DNA from: the human T2T-CHM13v2.0 reference genome, Homo sapiens
Length of the DNA stretch: 64,000 nt
Strand: one strand, 5' to 3'
Assembly: GCF_009914755.1 (NCBI RefSeq)
Contig: NC_060930.1
In this document: positions 13,197-29,053 of the stretch, one piece after another
Numbering within the stretch: the first letter of the stretch is position 1
How the letters are laid out: each line of letters starts with the position of its first letter
The notes under the pieces: generated by a model
What the model saw: only the letters and a program-made list of their open reading frames with translations
What the model was told of the DNA's origin: nothing
Database searches by the model: none
Program-made: the position numbers and the translations under genes

Positions 13197-15063
13197 GGCA
13201 TAGGTTCCAAGATGGCCAAATAGGAACAGCTCCAGTCTACAGCTCCCAGCGTGAGCGATGCAGAAGACGGGTGATTTCTGCATTTCCAACTGAGGTACTG
13301 GGTTCATCTCACTAGGGCTTGTCAGACAGTGGGTGCGGGACAGTGGGTGCAGCCCATGGAGCGTGAGCCGAAGCAGGGCGAGGCATCACCTTACCCGGGA
13401 AGTGCAAGGGGTCGGGGAATTCCCTTTCCTAGCCAAGGGAACCCGTGACAGACGGCACCTGGAAAATCGGGTCACTCCCACCCTAATACTGTGCTTTTCC
13501 AACAGTCTTAGCAAACGACACACCAGGAGATTATATCCCGCACCTGGCTCAGAGGGTCCCACACCCACAGAGCCTCTCTTGCTGCTAGCACAGCAGTCTG
13601 ATATCGAACTGTAAGGCAGCAGTGAGGGAGGGGGAGGGGCTCCGCCATTGCTGAGGCTTGAGTAGGTAAAAAAAAAAAGCAGCCGGGAAGCTCAAACTGG
13701 GTGGATCCCACCACAGCTCAAGGAGACCTGCCTGCCACTGTAGACTCCACCTCTGGGGCAGGGCATAGCTGAACAAAAGGCAGCAGAAACTTCTGCAGAC
13801 TTAAATGTACCTGTCTGACAGCCTTGAAGAGAGTAGTGGTTCTCCCAGCACGGAGTTTGAGATCTGAGAACGGACAGACTGCCTCCTCAAGAGGGTCTCT
13901 GACCCCCGAGTAGCCTAACTGGGAGGCACCTCCCAGTAGGGGCCAACTGACACCTCATACGTCTCAGAGGGTGTCCATCTGAGACGAAGCTTCCAGAGGA
14001 AAGATCAGGCAGCAACGTTTGCTGTTCTGCAGTATTTGCTGTTCTGCAGCCTCCGCTGCTGATACCCAGGCAAACAGGGTCTGGAGTGGACCTTCAGCAA
14101 ATTCCAACAGACCTGCAGCTAAGGGTCCTGACTGTTAGAATGAAAACTAACAGAAAGGACATCCACAACAAAACCCCATCTGTACGTCACCATCATCAAA
14201 GACCAAAGGTAGATCAAACCACAAAGATGGGGAGAAACCAGAGCAGAAAAGCTGAAAATTCTAAAAATCAGAGTGCCTTTTCTCCTCCAAAGGAATGCAG
14301 CTCCTCGCCAGCAACAGAACAAAGCTGGACTGAGAATGACTTTGACAAGTTGAGAGAAGAAGGCTTCAGACGATCGGTAATAACAAACTTCTCCGACCTA
14401 AAAGAGGATGTTCAGACCCATTGCAAAGAAGCTAAAAACCTTGAAAAAAGATTAGATGAATGGCTAACTAGAATAAACGGCGTAGAGAAGACCTTAAATG
14501 ACCTGATGGAGCTGAAAACCATGGCACAAGAACTACGTGACGCATGCACAAGCTTCAGTAGCCGATTAGATGAACTGGAAGAAAGGGTATCAGTGGTGGA
14601 AGATCAAATGAATGAAATGAAGTGAGAAGTTTACAGAAAAAAGAGTAAAAATAAACGAACAAAGCCTCCAAGAAATATGCGACTATGTGAAAAGACCAAA
14701 TCTACGTCTGATTGGTGTACCTGAAAGTGACGGGGAGAATGGAACCAAGTTGGAAAACACTCTTCACGATATTATCCAGGAGAACTTCCCCAACCTAGCA
14801 AGGCTAGGTTGAGTTCTCACTCAAAGGTGGGAACTGAACAATGAGAACACTTGGACACAGGATGGGGAACATCACACACCAGGGCCTGTCTTGGGGTGGG
14901 GGTAGGGGGTAGGGATAGCATTAGGAGATACACCTAATGTAAATGACGAGTTAATGGGTGCAGCACACCAAAATGGCACATGTATACGTATGTAACAAAC
15001 CTGCACATTGTGCACATGTACTCTAGAACTTAAAGTATAATAATAAAAATTTTAAAAAAATAA
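13197..15063 (+). mobile_element. L1PA element, 5'-intact, with large internal deletion
   Basis: Full 5'UTR (ccaagatggccaaataggaacagctcc), ORF1 with premature stop, direct jump at ~14805-14813 to the ORF2 end/3'UTR, polyA; TSD aaaaactactgggct 13182-13196 and aaaaatcactgggct 15064-15078. Confidence 0.93.
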
Positions 15064-15872
15064 AAAAATCACTGGGCTAAAGTAAATAAGTATTTTACTG
15101 GTTCTAAGATTGTTTTTCAGAGAGAAAAACAATAGAAGTGTAGAAGCAATTCGATAAAGAAAGGAGTCTTTTCAACAAATGTTGCTGCAACAGTCAAATG
15201 TCTGTATGCAAAAAAATGAACCTCCACACTCACCTCACACCTTATACAAAACTTTGTTCAAAATTGGTCAATATTGAGCATGTAGCATCTGTTGCCTGTT
15301 ACCAGGATAGAAGTCCAAGCACTTCTGCCCACTGCATTTTGGTATGAGAGTCACCAAGAAAACACAATGCAGTCAAGCACTGGATGGAACAAACCTTACT
15401 TATGTAGAGAAAAGACAAGAGTGACATCAGAGTCAGTAGTAGATGTCAGTCCCCCATGGCCAGCAACTGCTTCCCAGCAGCTAATGCAGGGGCAGTTGAC
15501 CTACATGCACATCTCTTGTGCTGCAACAGAAGGACTCAGTCCCCTTCCTGCAGGGTACAGATATAGTAGTGAGGTTGGTCAGGTGTCATATGACATACAA
15601 CCTTTAAGTAGAAGCAAAAAGTACATATTGAGTCTGAAATGGGGAAGGTATTCCCATACAAGGAAACAAGCCCAGCACAAGCTCTGAAAGATACTTTATC
15701 TCTTAGTAAGCAAGTGTTCCAGGGCCACAGCCCATTCCTGGGCAGTTGAGTGTAGATCAAAAGACTATAGCATGAGATTGCCTTTCCCAACAGTAAAACA
15801 CAAAACTTCTAGAAAAAAAGAAAAGGAGAAAATCTATGTGACCTTGGGATTGAAGATGAGTTTTTAGATACA

Positions 15873-16108
15873 GAGGTTGAGTATCCCTTATCTGAAATGT
15901 TGGGACCAGAAATGTTTCAGATTTCAGATTTTTATTTTGGAATATTTGCATTATATACTTAATGATTGAATATCCCAAATCCAAAAATCTAAAATTCAAA
16001 ATTCTCCAAAGAGCATTTTCTTTGAGCATCATGTTGGTGCTTAAAAACAAGTTTTGAATTTTTGAGCTTTTCGAATTTTGGATTTTCACATTTAGGATGC
16101 TCAACCTG
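15873..16108. mobile_element. Tigger4/Zombi-like MITE inserted in L1
   Basis: TIRs aggttgagtatccct / aggatgctcaacctg; internally similar to 8159-8378. Confidence 0.7.
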
Positions 16109-16193
16109 TGTTACCAAAAAGCACAGTCCATGAAACAAACAAAAAGATAAATTGTATTTTATGACAATTAAAAACTCACTTTGTGAAAAACAT

Positions 16194-16349
16194 TGTTAAG
16201 AAAATGAAAAGTCAATCTATAGACTGGGAGAAAATATTTGTAAATTACATAGCTGATAAAGGACTTGTATCTGTTAAGAAAATGAAAAGTCAGTCTATAG
16301 ACTGGGAGAAAATATTTGTAAATTACATAGCTGATGAAGGACTTGTATC
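16194..16349 (+). repeat. 78-bp tandem duplication within L1
   Basis: 16194-16271 and 16272-16349, 2 mismatches. Confidence 0.95.
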
Positions 16350-18665
16350 AAGAACATATGTAGACCTCAATTCAGCAGTAACAAACAGCTCAATAAAAAT
16401 GCACAAAAGATCTTAACAGACACTTCGCCAAGGAACTTATACAGATGGCAAATAGGCACATGAAAAGATACTCAACATTACTTGTCAATAGGGAAATGGA
16501 AAATAAAACCACAATGAAATACTGCTATGTACCTATTAGAATGGCTTAAATACAGTAACACTGATACCAAATGCTGGGAAGGATACAGAGCAACAGGAAT
16601 TCTCGTTCATTGCTGGTGAGATTGCAAAATTATATGGCCACTTTGGAAGGTAGTCTTATAGTTTCTTATAAGTTAAATATAGACTTACCATAGAAGTCAG
16701 CATTCTAGGATAATTTGCCGAAGTGAATTGAAAACGTAAGTACATATAAGAATCTGTACACAAATGTTTATAGCAGCTTTATTCATAACTTCTAAAACTG
16801 GAAGCAGCCAAGATGTCTTTCAGCAGTGGCATGGATTAAAAAAATTGTGGTACATCCATGCAAAAGAATATTATTCAGCAATAAAAAGGAATGAGAATTG
16901 ATTCACAAAACAATGTGAGTGAATTTAGCTGCATATTAGTCAGTGAAAGAAGCCAGACCCAAAAGCTTTGAATTTTATGATTCTATTCATATGATCTTCT
17001 GGAGAAAAGCAAAACTATGGGGAACGAAAACAGATTAGTGGTTAACAATCTGTTGGAGGGCAAAGTGGTTGACTAAAAGAGATGCACGGAGAAATTTTTA
17101 AGGTGAAAGAACTATTCTTTATGGTACTGGAGTGGTACATACATGACTTTATGCATTTGTCAAACCTCATAGAGCTGTAAATCACAAATAGTGAAGCTTG
17201 ATGTATGTAAACTGGAGGAAAAAGGCATCAAAGAGCCTATCACAGGATCAATCCCAGGATAAAATTTATTCTCTTGACAAATGAACCCAGTTCTTACAAA
17301 TGAGTGACATAACTGTGCTTAAGGTGATAGGGGCAGGGACTGTCCTAAATTACTGGAAAATGGTGTTTTGACTGGAAATTATAAGGATGAAGAATAAAGA
17401 TACAAAAACTCCATGCTCTAGTTGGTAAATAAGTTTTCCAAAGGGGTATTTGTTAATAAGTCTGAAAGTGCTTTACATGTATATACTGGGGTTAAACAAA
17501 TAAATAAGTGGATAGTGGATGGTGGGAGCCAGGTTTCTCACTATCAGAGAGGGAAGTTACAGATAAAAATGGAAGGTTAAAATGAATTCTGTGATTCAGG
17601 ATTAGAGTTGAAAACATCAGTGTGAACTCATGTTTACCTTTGTATATTGTACAGGTGGAAAAATACAGAAAATTTTACATGTAAGTTAGTATCTGTGTGC
17701 GTATATATATGTCTATGCATATATATATGTAACCTAGCTCTGTCCACTGAGAGAGCCTAGAAGGAATGACACCCCAATAACAGTGAGCAGTCTCAGCATT
17801 CAGATCTTGGTTCTACATAAATCTCAAAGAAAAGGTACTATGCTTCTTGGAGAAAGGGCTTATTCTAGGACTGGGGCAAGGAAACTGCATAAGCCTATAA
17901 TATCTTGCAACAGAAAGTAAGAAAGTGCTCAAAAAGTAAAGGAAAGGGGTATGTCAAACAGATAAAGGAGCCAACCTGAAAGAAGTCCCAATGGCCAAAG
18001 CTAGAACAATTGAGCAACAAAATAAATAAAGTAGTATTTATTGAGTGAGTGTGGGCTGCACTTAGTGACATGCTTCCAATTAATAAAGTATGGAAAGGGG
18101 AAAATAGTAACTTTACAGTGGAGGAAACTGGCAAACACTACTTTACCCAAGTGACCAGTATTAGTATTTGGAGTAGTGTCATGTGGATACCATGTACTGC
18201 CTGATGTGTTGTGATTAAAAAGGCATTTCACCTCTATGGTATTCTTTCCTAAAATTTATAACTCTAGTCTAATCATGAGAAAACATCAATGTCAAAATGA
18301 GGGACATTCTGCAAAATACATGACCAAAACTTTCAAGGTCATGAAAAACAAAGGAAGACTGAGAAACTATCAAGAGACCAGAGGAGACTAAGGAGACTTG
18401 ATGAATTAATGCAATACAGTATCATGGATTTGATCCTGTGGTAGTAAAAAGGACATTTAATAGAAAAACTGGTGAAATCCAAATAAAGTTTGGAGTTTTG
18501 TTAATGGTAATCTACTAATGTTGGCTTTTTAGTTTAGACAGATGTACTATAATATTAACATCAGAGAAGTCTGAAAGTGAGGTAGATGGGACCTCTGTAC
18601 TATCTTGGTAACTTCTCTGTAAATTTAAAATTATTCCAAAATTAAAAGTTTATTTTAAAAAGTTC

Positions 18666-18950
18666 AGGCCAAGTGTGATGTCTCATGCCTGTAATCCCAG
18701 CACTTTGAGAGTCTAAGGTGGAAGGATCACTTGAGGCCAGGAATTTGAGACCACCCTAGGCAAAATAGCAAGATCCTATCTCTACAAAAATTTTTTTAGA
18801 AAATCTGGGCATGGTGGTATGTGCCTGTTATCCTCCTAGCTACTCAGGAGGCTGAGGCAGAAAGATTGCTTGAGCTCAGGAGTTCAAGATTACGGTGAGC
18901 CATGCTTGTACCACTACACTGCAGCCTGGACAGCAAAGCAAGACCCTGTC
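18666..18950 (+). mobile_element. Alu (J)
   Basis: Diverged dimeric Alu. Confidence 0.85.
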
Positions 18951-19379
18951 AATCAGTAGTTAAGAACAAAATGTAGAATATAATTTTATTTATGAAAAAG
19001 TCTGTATATAGATCTAGATACATTTATATGCATTGATGGTTTATTAAAATGTTTACTAAAATATTAACAGTAATGGGGTTTGAGAATGTTATTACTTTTT
19101 GATTATTTTCTCTAGTATTAGATTTTCTTTGATTAGCATGTATTTTTATTTTAAAAACACTATTAAAAACAAAAATAGCAATAAAAGATACTTTTCTTTC
19201 CAATTACCTTTCATAAAATTATCTCTCTAATAATTTTTCAATCAGAAGTTTATCAAGTGAAGTGGGAGAAAAGTGAAAAATGAGACATGTTTTATGACAT
19301 ATGTTTACATGTCATAAAATATTAAATGACAAAAAAGTTTCATGTTAAGTGAAAAAGTGATTGCAAGCAATATATATAG

Positions 19380-19708
19380 TACAGACCCCTAATTCTTGCA
19401 GTCAGTCTTGGTCCAAAAATATTAAATGTAAAATTCCAGAAATAATCCATAAGTTTAAAATTGTACACCATTCTGAGTAGCGTGATGAAATCTCTGTGTC
19501 CTGCTCCGTCCCACCTGGGCATGTGAATCATACCTTGTTCAGTGTGTATCCGTACTGTATGTGCTACCTACCCATTAGTCACTTGTAGCTGTCTCGGTTA
19601 TCAGAGCAGAAAAAAATGTTATATATAAGGTTGGATACTATCTATGGTTTCAGGTATCTGCTGGAGGTCTTGGAATTTATCCCCTGTAGATAAGGGAGAA
19701 CTACTGTA
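19380..19708. mobile_element. Tigger-family MITE (MER8/MER2-like)
   Basis: Ends tacagaccccta / taagggagaactactgta; internal ttctgagtagcgtgatgaaatctc. Confidence 0.6.
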
Positions 19709-20578
19709 CTGTTTAAGGGAGAACTACCGTACTGTTTTGTACTTAACCTGTATTCTAAATTTTCCACAATGAGTAGGTATTACTTTCATAATAAAAATAT
19801 TGTGTTAATATTTTCATGGGACTGACAGACATCAGAGTGATATTTGGAACTTGAGTCAAAAGCTTTTAACTTAGGTTAAAACTTTTAAGAATTTTTCTGG
19901 ATAACATAAACTGCTTGTAATTAGTTTATATCTTAAAATTTAGATGCAACCATGTCTTCTTCAAATAACATAATTAAATTACTTGGCATAATCATATATT
20001 GATTTAACATATATTTTGAAAGGTACAAAAAAAATTACATAAAATATAAGTTTTGCTTGTCCCCAAAGAATGAGAGTAGCTGAAGATTTTAATCACTGAA
20101 TTTAAAAACCCTTTTGGAAAGTAAATAAGAAATTCAACTTTTTTGTCAGTATTATATGCCTTGTATTTACCCTGAGAATATATAAATATTAGTACTTTTC
20201 TAAAACCAAACTGGCTCAGGTTAGATGTTTCAATAAATATTTATATCATAGTGGTATAGCATCCACTTTTGGTGAGTGCCTTCTCTATGCCAAATACTTG
20301 ATATACAACTTCTCATTAAATCTGCACAATGATGCTATATGGTGTACGTGGTATTAACCTGATTTGATAAATGTGGAAACTAAGGCTCAAAAAATTTAGT
20401 AACTTGCCCAGAGTTGCACATGATAAGTATTTGGTAATTTTGTATTAAAATATTTGTAAATTAAATATTTTTTAAAACACTGACACTCAACATTAAGTAT
20501 ACTTTATGTGCAAACAATTGCTCATAGATATCACCCTAACTTCATACTTTCATTATAAGGTAATATAAACTAAGAAAT

Positions 20579-20854
20579 AGTTTAAAATGGAATAAAAACA
20601 GCAAGTGGGAAATAGCAGTTAATTGCCACTAAATACAATTTTAGTACTGTCATCACCCAATGTGCAGGTGACACCTACAGGAGAGAAATTTCTTTTTAGA
20701 TAAAAAGCAAATCAAGTCATAACATAAAGGATTTGAAATGCTTTTCAACATTCTTTTGTTTTGCAGTGCAATTTTACCGTATTGTGATAAATATTGTTTA
20801 AAAATGAAAACCATTCAACCTTTATACAAATTGAAAAGAATAAAACTATTTTCA
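20579..20854 (+). repeat. Local direct duplication, copy 1 (276 bp)
   Basis: Near-identical to 21323-21597; about 8 differences by eye. Confidence 0.95.
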
Positions 20855-21069
20855 AATTATAAAAGGAGTGACATTTATGAAATTTTAAGCAAAATCAATT
20901 TCTGAATTCATTTTATGTCACTTTTAGGAAAGTTTTAAAACATCAGGCAAAGTTCTTTTTGCATATTTTATGTTTTTCTGATTTTAATTAGTGTAGGTTT
21001 CTAATTTATGTTTTAGAGTAATTGCATCAAATATTTAGTAATCATACTCTTGGACTTTTTCTGTTTCAG

Positions 21070-21135
21070 GCAGAAAATATAACTGTGACAAAGGATTTTA
21101 GGAGAGTGGAAAATGCTTATCACATGGAAGCAGAG
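21070..21135 (+). CDS. IRAK1BP1: IRAK1BP1 coding exon 2 (66 nt, symmetric phase 0-0)
   Basis: Acceptor tttttctgtttcag|G; encodes AENITVTKDFRRVENAYHMEAE; donor GAG|GTATGT. Confidence 0.96.
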
Positions 21136-21322
21136 GTATGTACTTATCTTAACAAATAATTGGAAGCAGCATGATTTTGTGGAGACAGTCATTTTTATTC
21201 TTGAACTGAAATGAATGGTGAAAAATGCTTCTCATGATATTAATAGAAGATTATTTTTCTCAAAATCATCTTGGTGTTATATATCTATTTCGGCTTTTAA
21301 ATAAACTTGAGATTTAAAAGAA

Positions 21323-21597
21323 AGTTTAAAATGGAATAAAAACAGCAAGTGGGAAATAGCAGTTAATTGCCACTAAATACAGTTTTAGTACTGTCATCAC
21401 CTAATGTGCGGGTGACACTACAGGAGAGAAATTTCTTTTTAGATAAAAAGCAAATAAAGTCATAACATAAAGGATTTGAAATGCTTTTCAACATTCTTTT
21501 GTTTTTCAGTGCAATTTTACTGTATTGTGATAAATATTGTTTAAAAATGAAAACCATTCAACCTTTATACAAATTAAAAAGAATAAAACTATTTTCA
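21323..21597 (+). repeat. Local direct duplication, copy 2 (275 bp)
   Basis: Near-identical to 20579-20854. Confidence 0.95.
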
Positions 21598-22869
21598 GTA
21601 CACTCAGTTAATGACAACATTTAGTTCCTGCAACTGCCTATGCTTTTTACTTATATTTAAAGATTTAATGGCCAGGATTTTGTGAAATCAGAGTATGTTC
21701 TAGTGGTGGTTAGGTTACAGGACTGCTGTTTCTGATTCCAAACATTTTGGAGTACGTGCCTAGTACGTGCCACCTCCTTGTAACAAGAAACGAAGAGTGG
21801 GTTTATATTGAAATCTTGTATATCAAATGAGAGAATCTTTGTCTTTTGAAGTAGAAAGTATCTCCATCACCCGTTTCTATCTTCAGGCAGATAATACATT
21901 ATTTTTCTGACTTTAAAGGTGTGACTTTAGGTTCAAATCACTTAGGCCCAGATTTCTCAAAGGTCATATAACAAGAATTAGATAGAAATTAGAACCCTGG
22001 ATTCTTATCTCTTGAGAAGCAACTTCCACAATATTCTGTTTGTTGCCCCAATGCTTCCTGTAATCATTTTGTGATTTCTCCACTTAAAATTTTACTATGT
22101 CAAGGAATTTTTAAATTACTCATTATGATTTTAGGGATCCACTTGGCAAAACTTATTTCGTAGTAGTAGGAACTGAAAAATACCTTTCAAAACAGTATGA
22201 AGAGCAGTCTGATCCAAATTATCCAAATTACAGAGATTAAGAGCTGGTAGTATGTTATAGCACTCCTCCAGTAATTATCACCTGTTAGCACTTCAGATTG
22301 TAATAAATATAGATGGAAGCAAGTTATCTTAGTTAAGGAGGTTTATTATGAAGGTACCAAGGGAATAATAAGAAAAAAGAAACAGTTCCAGAAACTACAC
22401 AGCCAGGCTTCATGGAAAACTGGAATGTGTTTGAAACCACTGAGTTGTCCTAGGAACTGACCTTTCAGATGCAGAAAGAGAGCATTAGAGCTGCTTGTTT
22501 TAAAACATGACTAAATGAGAGTTTGGCTAAACTCTGCTCCTCTTCCTTCTGCTTTACCTTTTTAATGTTTTATATTCAGATTTCTTAAGAGAGAATCTGA
22601 TTATATTTTGTATAGGGATTCCAGGTAGCCAGAATTTATATCATATCACACAGTCCAATACATGATTGCCTTTAGGTCAGCACCAGCAGTCAGTGGAAAC
22701 CAAAGTATTGGGATCACAAGATACAAAATGTACCAACCTAAGCATTAATAACAATGTGTGGCTTTATGACTATGGATTTAGCAAACACTAGAGCCTAATG
22801 TATAACACATACCAGTATTCTTAAGTACTGTTAAATATATGGAATGAGATTAGATGGTTGGTAGACTTA

Positions 22870-24830
<1,961 letters not shown>

Positions 24831-24961
24831 AAGAAAGAAAGAAAGATTAGATGGTGGAACATTACTTTTGACATAATGTCCAAAAATTTCATTCCAAAAG
24901 GCATGAAATTCTTTATCTACCTTCCACCTGCCATGCTGCTTCTCTTTGTTTCAAAGATAAA

Positions 24962-26125
24962 AATATTAAACTCAAGATGGGTTAAAGACTTAAGTGTAAA
25001 ACCTAAAACCATAAAAACCCTAGAAGAAAACCTAGGCAATACCATTCAGGACATAGTCATGGGCAAAGACTTCATAACTAAAACACCAAAAGCAATTGCA
25101 ACAAAAGCCAAAATTGACATATGGGATCTAAGTAAACTAAAGAGCTTCTGCACAGCAAAAGAAACCATCATCGGAGTGAAGAGGCAACCTTCAGAATGGG
25201 AGAAAAATTTTGCTTGCTATCCATCTGACAAAGGGCTAATATGCAGAATCTACAAGGAACTGAAATTTACAAAAAAAAAAAAAAAATCCCCATCAAAAAG
25301 TGGGTTGGAGGGTATGAACAGACACTTCTCAAAAGAAGACATTTATGCGGCCAGCAAACATGAAAAAAAGCTCATCATCACCGGTCATTAGAGAAATGCA
25401 AATCAAAACCACAATGAGATACCATCTCATGTCAGTTAGAATGGCGATCTTTAAAAAGTCAGGAAACAACAGATGCTAGAGAGGATGTGGAGAAATAGGA
25501 ACACTTTTACACTGTTGGTGGGAGGGTAAATTAGTTCAACCATTTTGGAAGACAGTGTGGCAATTCCTCAAGGATCTAAAACCCGAAATACCATTTGACC
25601 CAGCAATCTCATTACTGGATATATACCCAAAGGATTATAAATCATTCTACTGTAAAGACACATGTAGACGTACATTTATTGCAGCACTATTTACAACAGC
25701 AACGACTTGGAACCAACCCAAATGCCCATCAATGATAAACTGGATTAAGAAAATATGGCACATATACACCATGGAATACTATGCAGCCATAAAAAAGGAT
25801 GCGTTCATGTTCTTTGCGGGGACATGGATGAAGCTGGAAACCATCATTCTCAGCACACTAACACAGGAACAGGAAATCAAACACCGCATGTTCTCAATCA
25901 TAAGTGGGAGTTGAACAATGAGAACACATGGACACAGGGAGGGGAACATCACATACCAGGGCCTGTCAGGGGGTGGGGGGCTAGGGGAGGGATAGCATTA
26001 GGAGAAATACCTAATGTAGATGACAGGTTGATGGATGCAGCAAACCACCAGGGCATGTGTATGTAACAACCTGCACGTTCTGCACATGTATCCCAGAACT
26101 TAAAGTATAAGTTAAAAAAAAAAAA
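24962..26125 (+). mobile_element. 5'-truncated L1PA 3' end (~1.15 kb)
   Basis: [24 protein letters not shown]-rich 3'UTR, polyA. Confidence 0.9.
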
Positions 26126-27156
26126 GTCCAAAAAGAGAGCACAGAGTGAAAGAGAATAAAATAATCAAAAAAATTTATCCAAAATTTACTAAAATGCAAG
26201 ATTTGAATTTCCATATTCAGTGGACCCAGTGGGTGCCCAGCGCAATGAACAACAACAACAACAAACTCATCAAAGCATATTGGAAATGTTAGAACCCCAG
26301 GAATAAAAGGACTCCAAAAGTTCTAGAGAAAGAAAAATAGTTCACAAACCAAGGGTCAGAAATCTGAACAGCAATTGGACCTCTCAGTGTCAACACTGGA
26401 AGCTAGAAACTGAAAAGCAAGACAGCAACATCTTCCAATTCTGAGAGAAAACAATGTCTAATCTAGAAATCCTTACCTGGCCAAAAAACAATGAAGGAGA
26501 CGGTAATACAAGGACAAGCAGACAGGGCTGACCAGAAGTGTCACACTGTTCTTTATTTGGCCAGGATCTGATGGATTAATGCCCTCTGAAAGATGTTAAA
26601 AATGTGAAACATCACTCCTGCATACAAGGTCTCAAAACATTTCCCTACCATACGTGAGGAAGCAAACCAAGAAAGAGAAAAACAGGAGTTCCCAGGTAAT
26701 GGCAAAGGAATGTCCCCAGATTCAGGGGACAGGAGGACTAAGGGCTTCAGTAAAATGCCTCCAAGAAAAAAATAAAGGAACTCATAGATTACCCAATTAA
26801 TTTGACCTATTTATTTGAATTTTATAGCTTTTGTCAGAGGGTTTGAAGGACATGTACAACTAAGAAAGCAAACAAATAAAAATGAACTGATTATTAACTC
26901 CCAGGAATTCAATGAAGACTAGAAGAAAAGAAATGCAATCATAGTACACTATATTGTTCAGCTGTAAACAATCATAATAGTACAAACACTGACTGTTGAT
27001 TTAATTTTAAAAAAAGGTTCTAAGTGATGACTTTAATGGTAGGTGAATGAATGGATGTGGGAAGGAGGGTTGGATTAAAATCCTAGCTTTGTGATTCCTA
27101 TACCAGTACTCTTTCCACTTTTTATGTTATTTTCATGTTATAACCTTAGTGTTTAG

Positions 27157-27459
<303 letters not shown>

Positions 27460-28967
27460 TAGAGGAATTTTTTAATCCTGGGGTATAATAGGTATTCAAT
27501 ACTGTGTATCAGGAAGCAAAAGTAGTAGTATAACTACTCATATAGTTTTCTCCCCCTTCTTTCCCTCTCCTTTTCCTTGCATGCCTGCTATGTGTTAAGC
27601 ATTTTCCATATATTATTCCATCCAATCTTTTTTATTTATTTTTATTGTGAAATATTTTATACATATATAGGCATGAATATATAAGACTCATTCCGTTTTC
27701 AGACATCTGATCAATAGAGAATCTTTGAACATTAAGCCAAAATTGACTCACTAGTAGCCATCTATTAGTGTACCTCTGTAAGAAGAAACAAAACAAGGTA
27801 AATACTTCTTCCTTAAAATATATACTTGAAGTTCATTTTCATATTGATGCTACTTTTTTTTTCTTTTCCAGGGTAAGAACCCTGTTTGGCCATTTCTTAT
27901 GTAACAAACTCTTTCTTTAGTTAGCCAGTTTCATTCAAAACCATCTATAGCTATATTGTTCTACTTATGATTTGGCCAGTCCAAACTAGAGAAAGTTGAT
28001 TATCTCCCTTATTCTAGAATATTTATTTCTAATAACACATGCAAGACTGAATTAACTTTTTGGCATTTGCATCATATTGTTCCCTCAATTCAGCTTATAG
28101 TCATAATAATTATAAACAATAAAAGTGTCTTTCTCATGTGCTACCTTTAAATCATATTTTTTTCATCTTATACTTTGTTACTGCTATTTCAGTATGAACT
28201 GTGGGATTTTACATTTATTTATATGAAATTTTATCTTAATTCGGTTTACCTGTATTTCTAGTCTATAAAATAGCAGAGAAGTAAAGCTCATAATAAGGAG
28301 AAAAATCAATTCCAAACCAACTCAGGAGTGACACAGATGTTAGAATTAAAAGACATAGTCATTAAAAGTTATTTTGGCTGTAGTTCACATGCTCAAAAGT
28401 TAAGGAGGGATGTGCAAGATATTAAAAACAAAAAACAAATTGAATTTCCAAAGATGAAAACTACAGTGTATGAGATAATAAATACACTGAATAGGATTAA
28501 CAGCAAATTAGACCTTACACAAGACGTGCTTAGTGAACCTGAAAATGTAGCAATAAAAAGTATCCATAATGAAACACAGAAAAGAAAGATGTAAAAACGA
28601 GTTAATAAAATGTAGGACAACATCAAATAGCCTATTATACATATAATTGAGGTCCCAATGCAGAGGAAAGTGGGGGACAAGAAAAATACTTGGAAAAATT
28701 ATGACCCAAAAATATCCAAACTTGATGAGAATTATAAACCCATGGAGTCAAAAAGTTCAACTAACCCTAAGCACAAGAAATTGAAAAAAAAAATACACCA
28801 GTACACATTATAATCACATTGCTCAAAACCAGTGATAAATCTTAAAACAGCCAGAGGAGGAGAAAAAAGACATATTATCTACAAAGGAACAAAGGTAAGA
28901 CAACAGATTTCTTGTTGAAAGCAATGCAAGCAAGGAGACAGTTGTGCCACATCTTTAAAACTAAAAG

Positions 28968-28970
28968 GTG

Positions 28971-29051
<81 letters not shown>
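28968..29051. repeat. Compound microsatellite (TA)n(TG)14(TA)22
   Basis: Direct reading. Confidence 0.95.

Positions 29052-29053
<2 letters not shown>

Larger units (their letters stand above)
15120..18660 (+). mobile_element. Old L1M ORF2 C-terminus and long 3'UTR, interrupted by other repeats
   Basis: DWEKIFVNYIADKGLVS motif and typical L1M 3' sequence ending in aaaagtttattttaaaa. Confidence 0.7.

Noticed and set aside
14086-14625. 179-aa ORF as a novel gene
   Set aside because: It is L1 5'UTR plus truncated ORF1.
14800-14815. Spliced L1 (SpIRE) explanation for the internal deletions
   Set aside because: By my recollection of the L1 consensus, neither this junction nor 60514/60515 falls at GT-AG boundaries, and this one contains templated filler.
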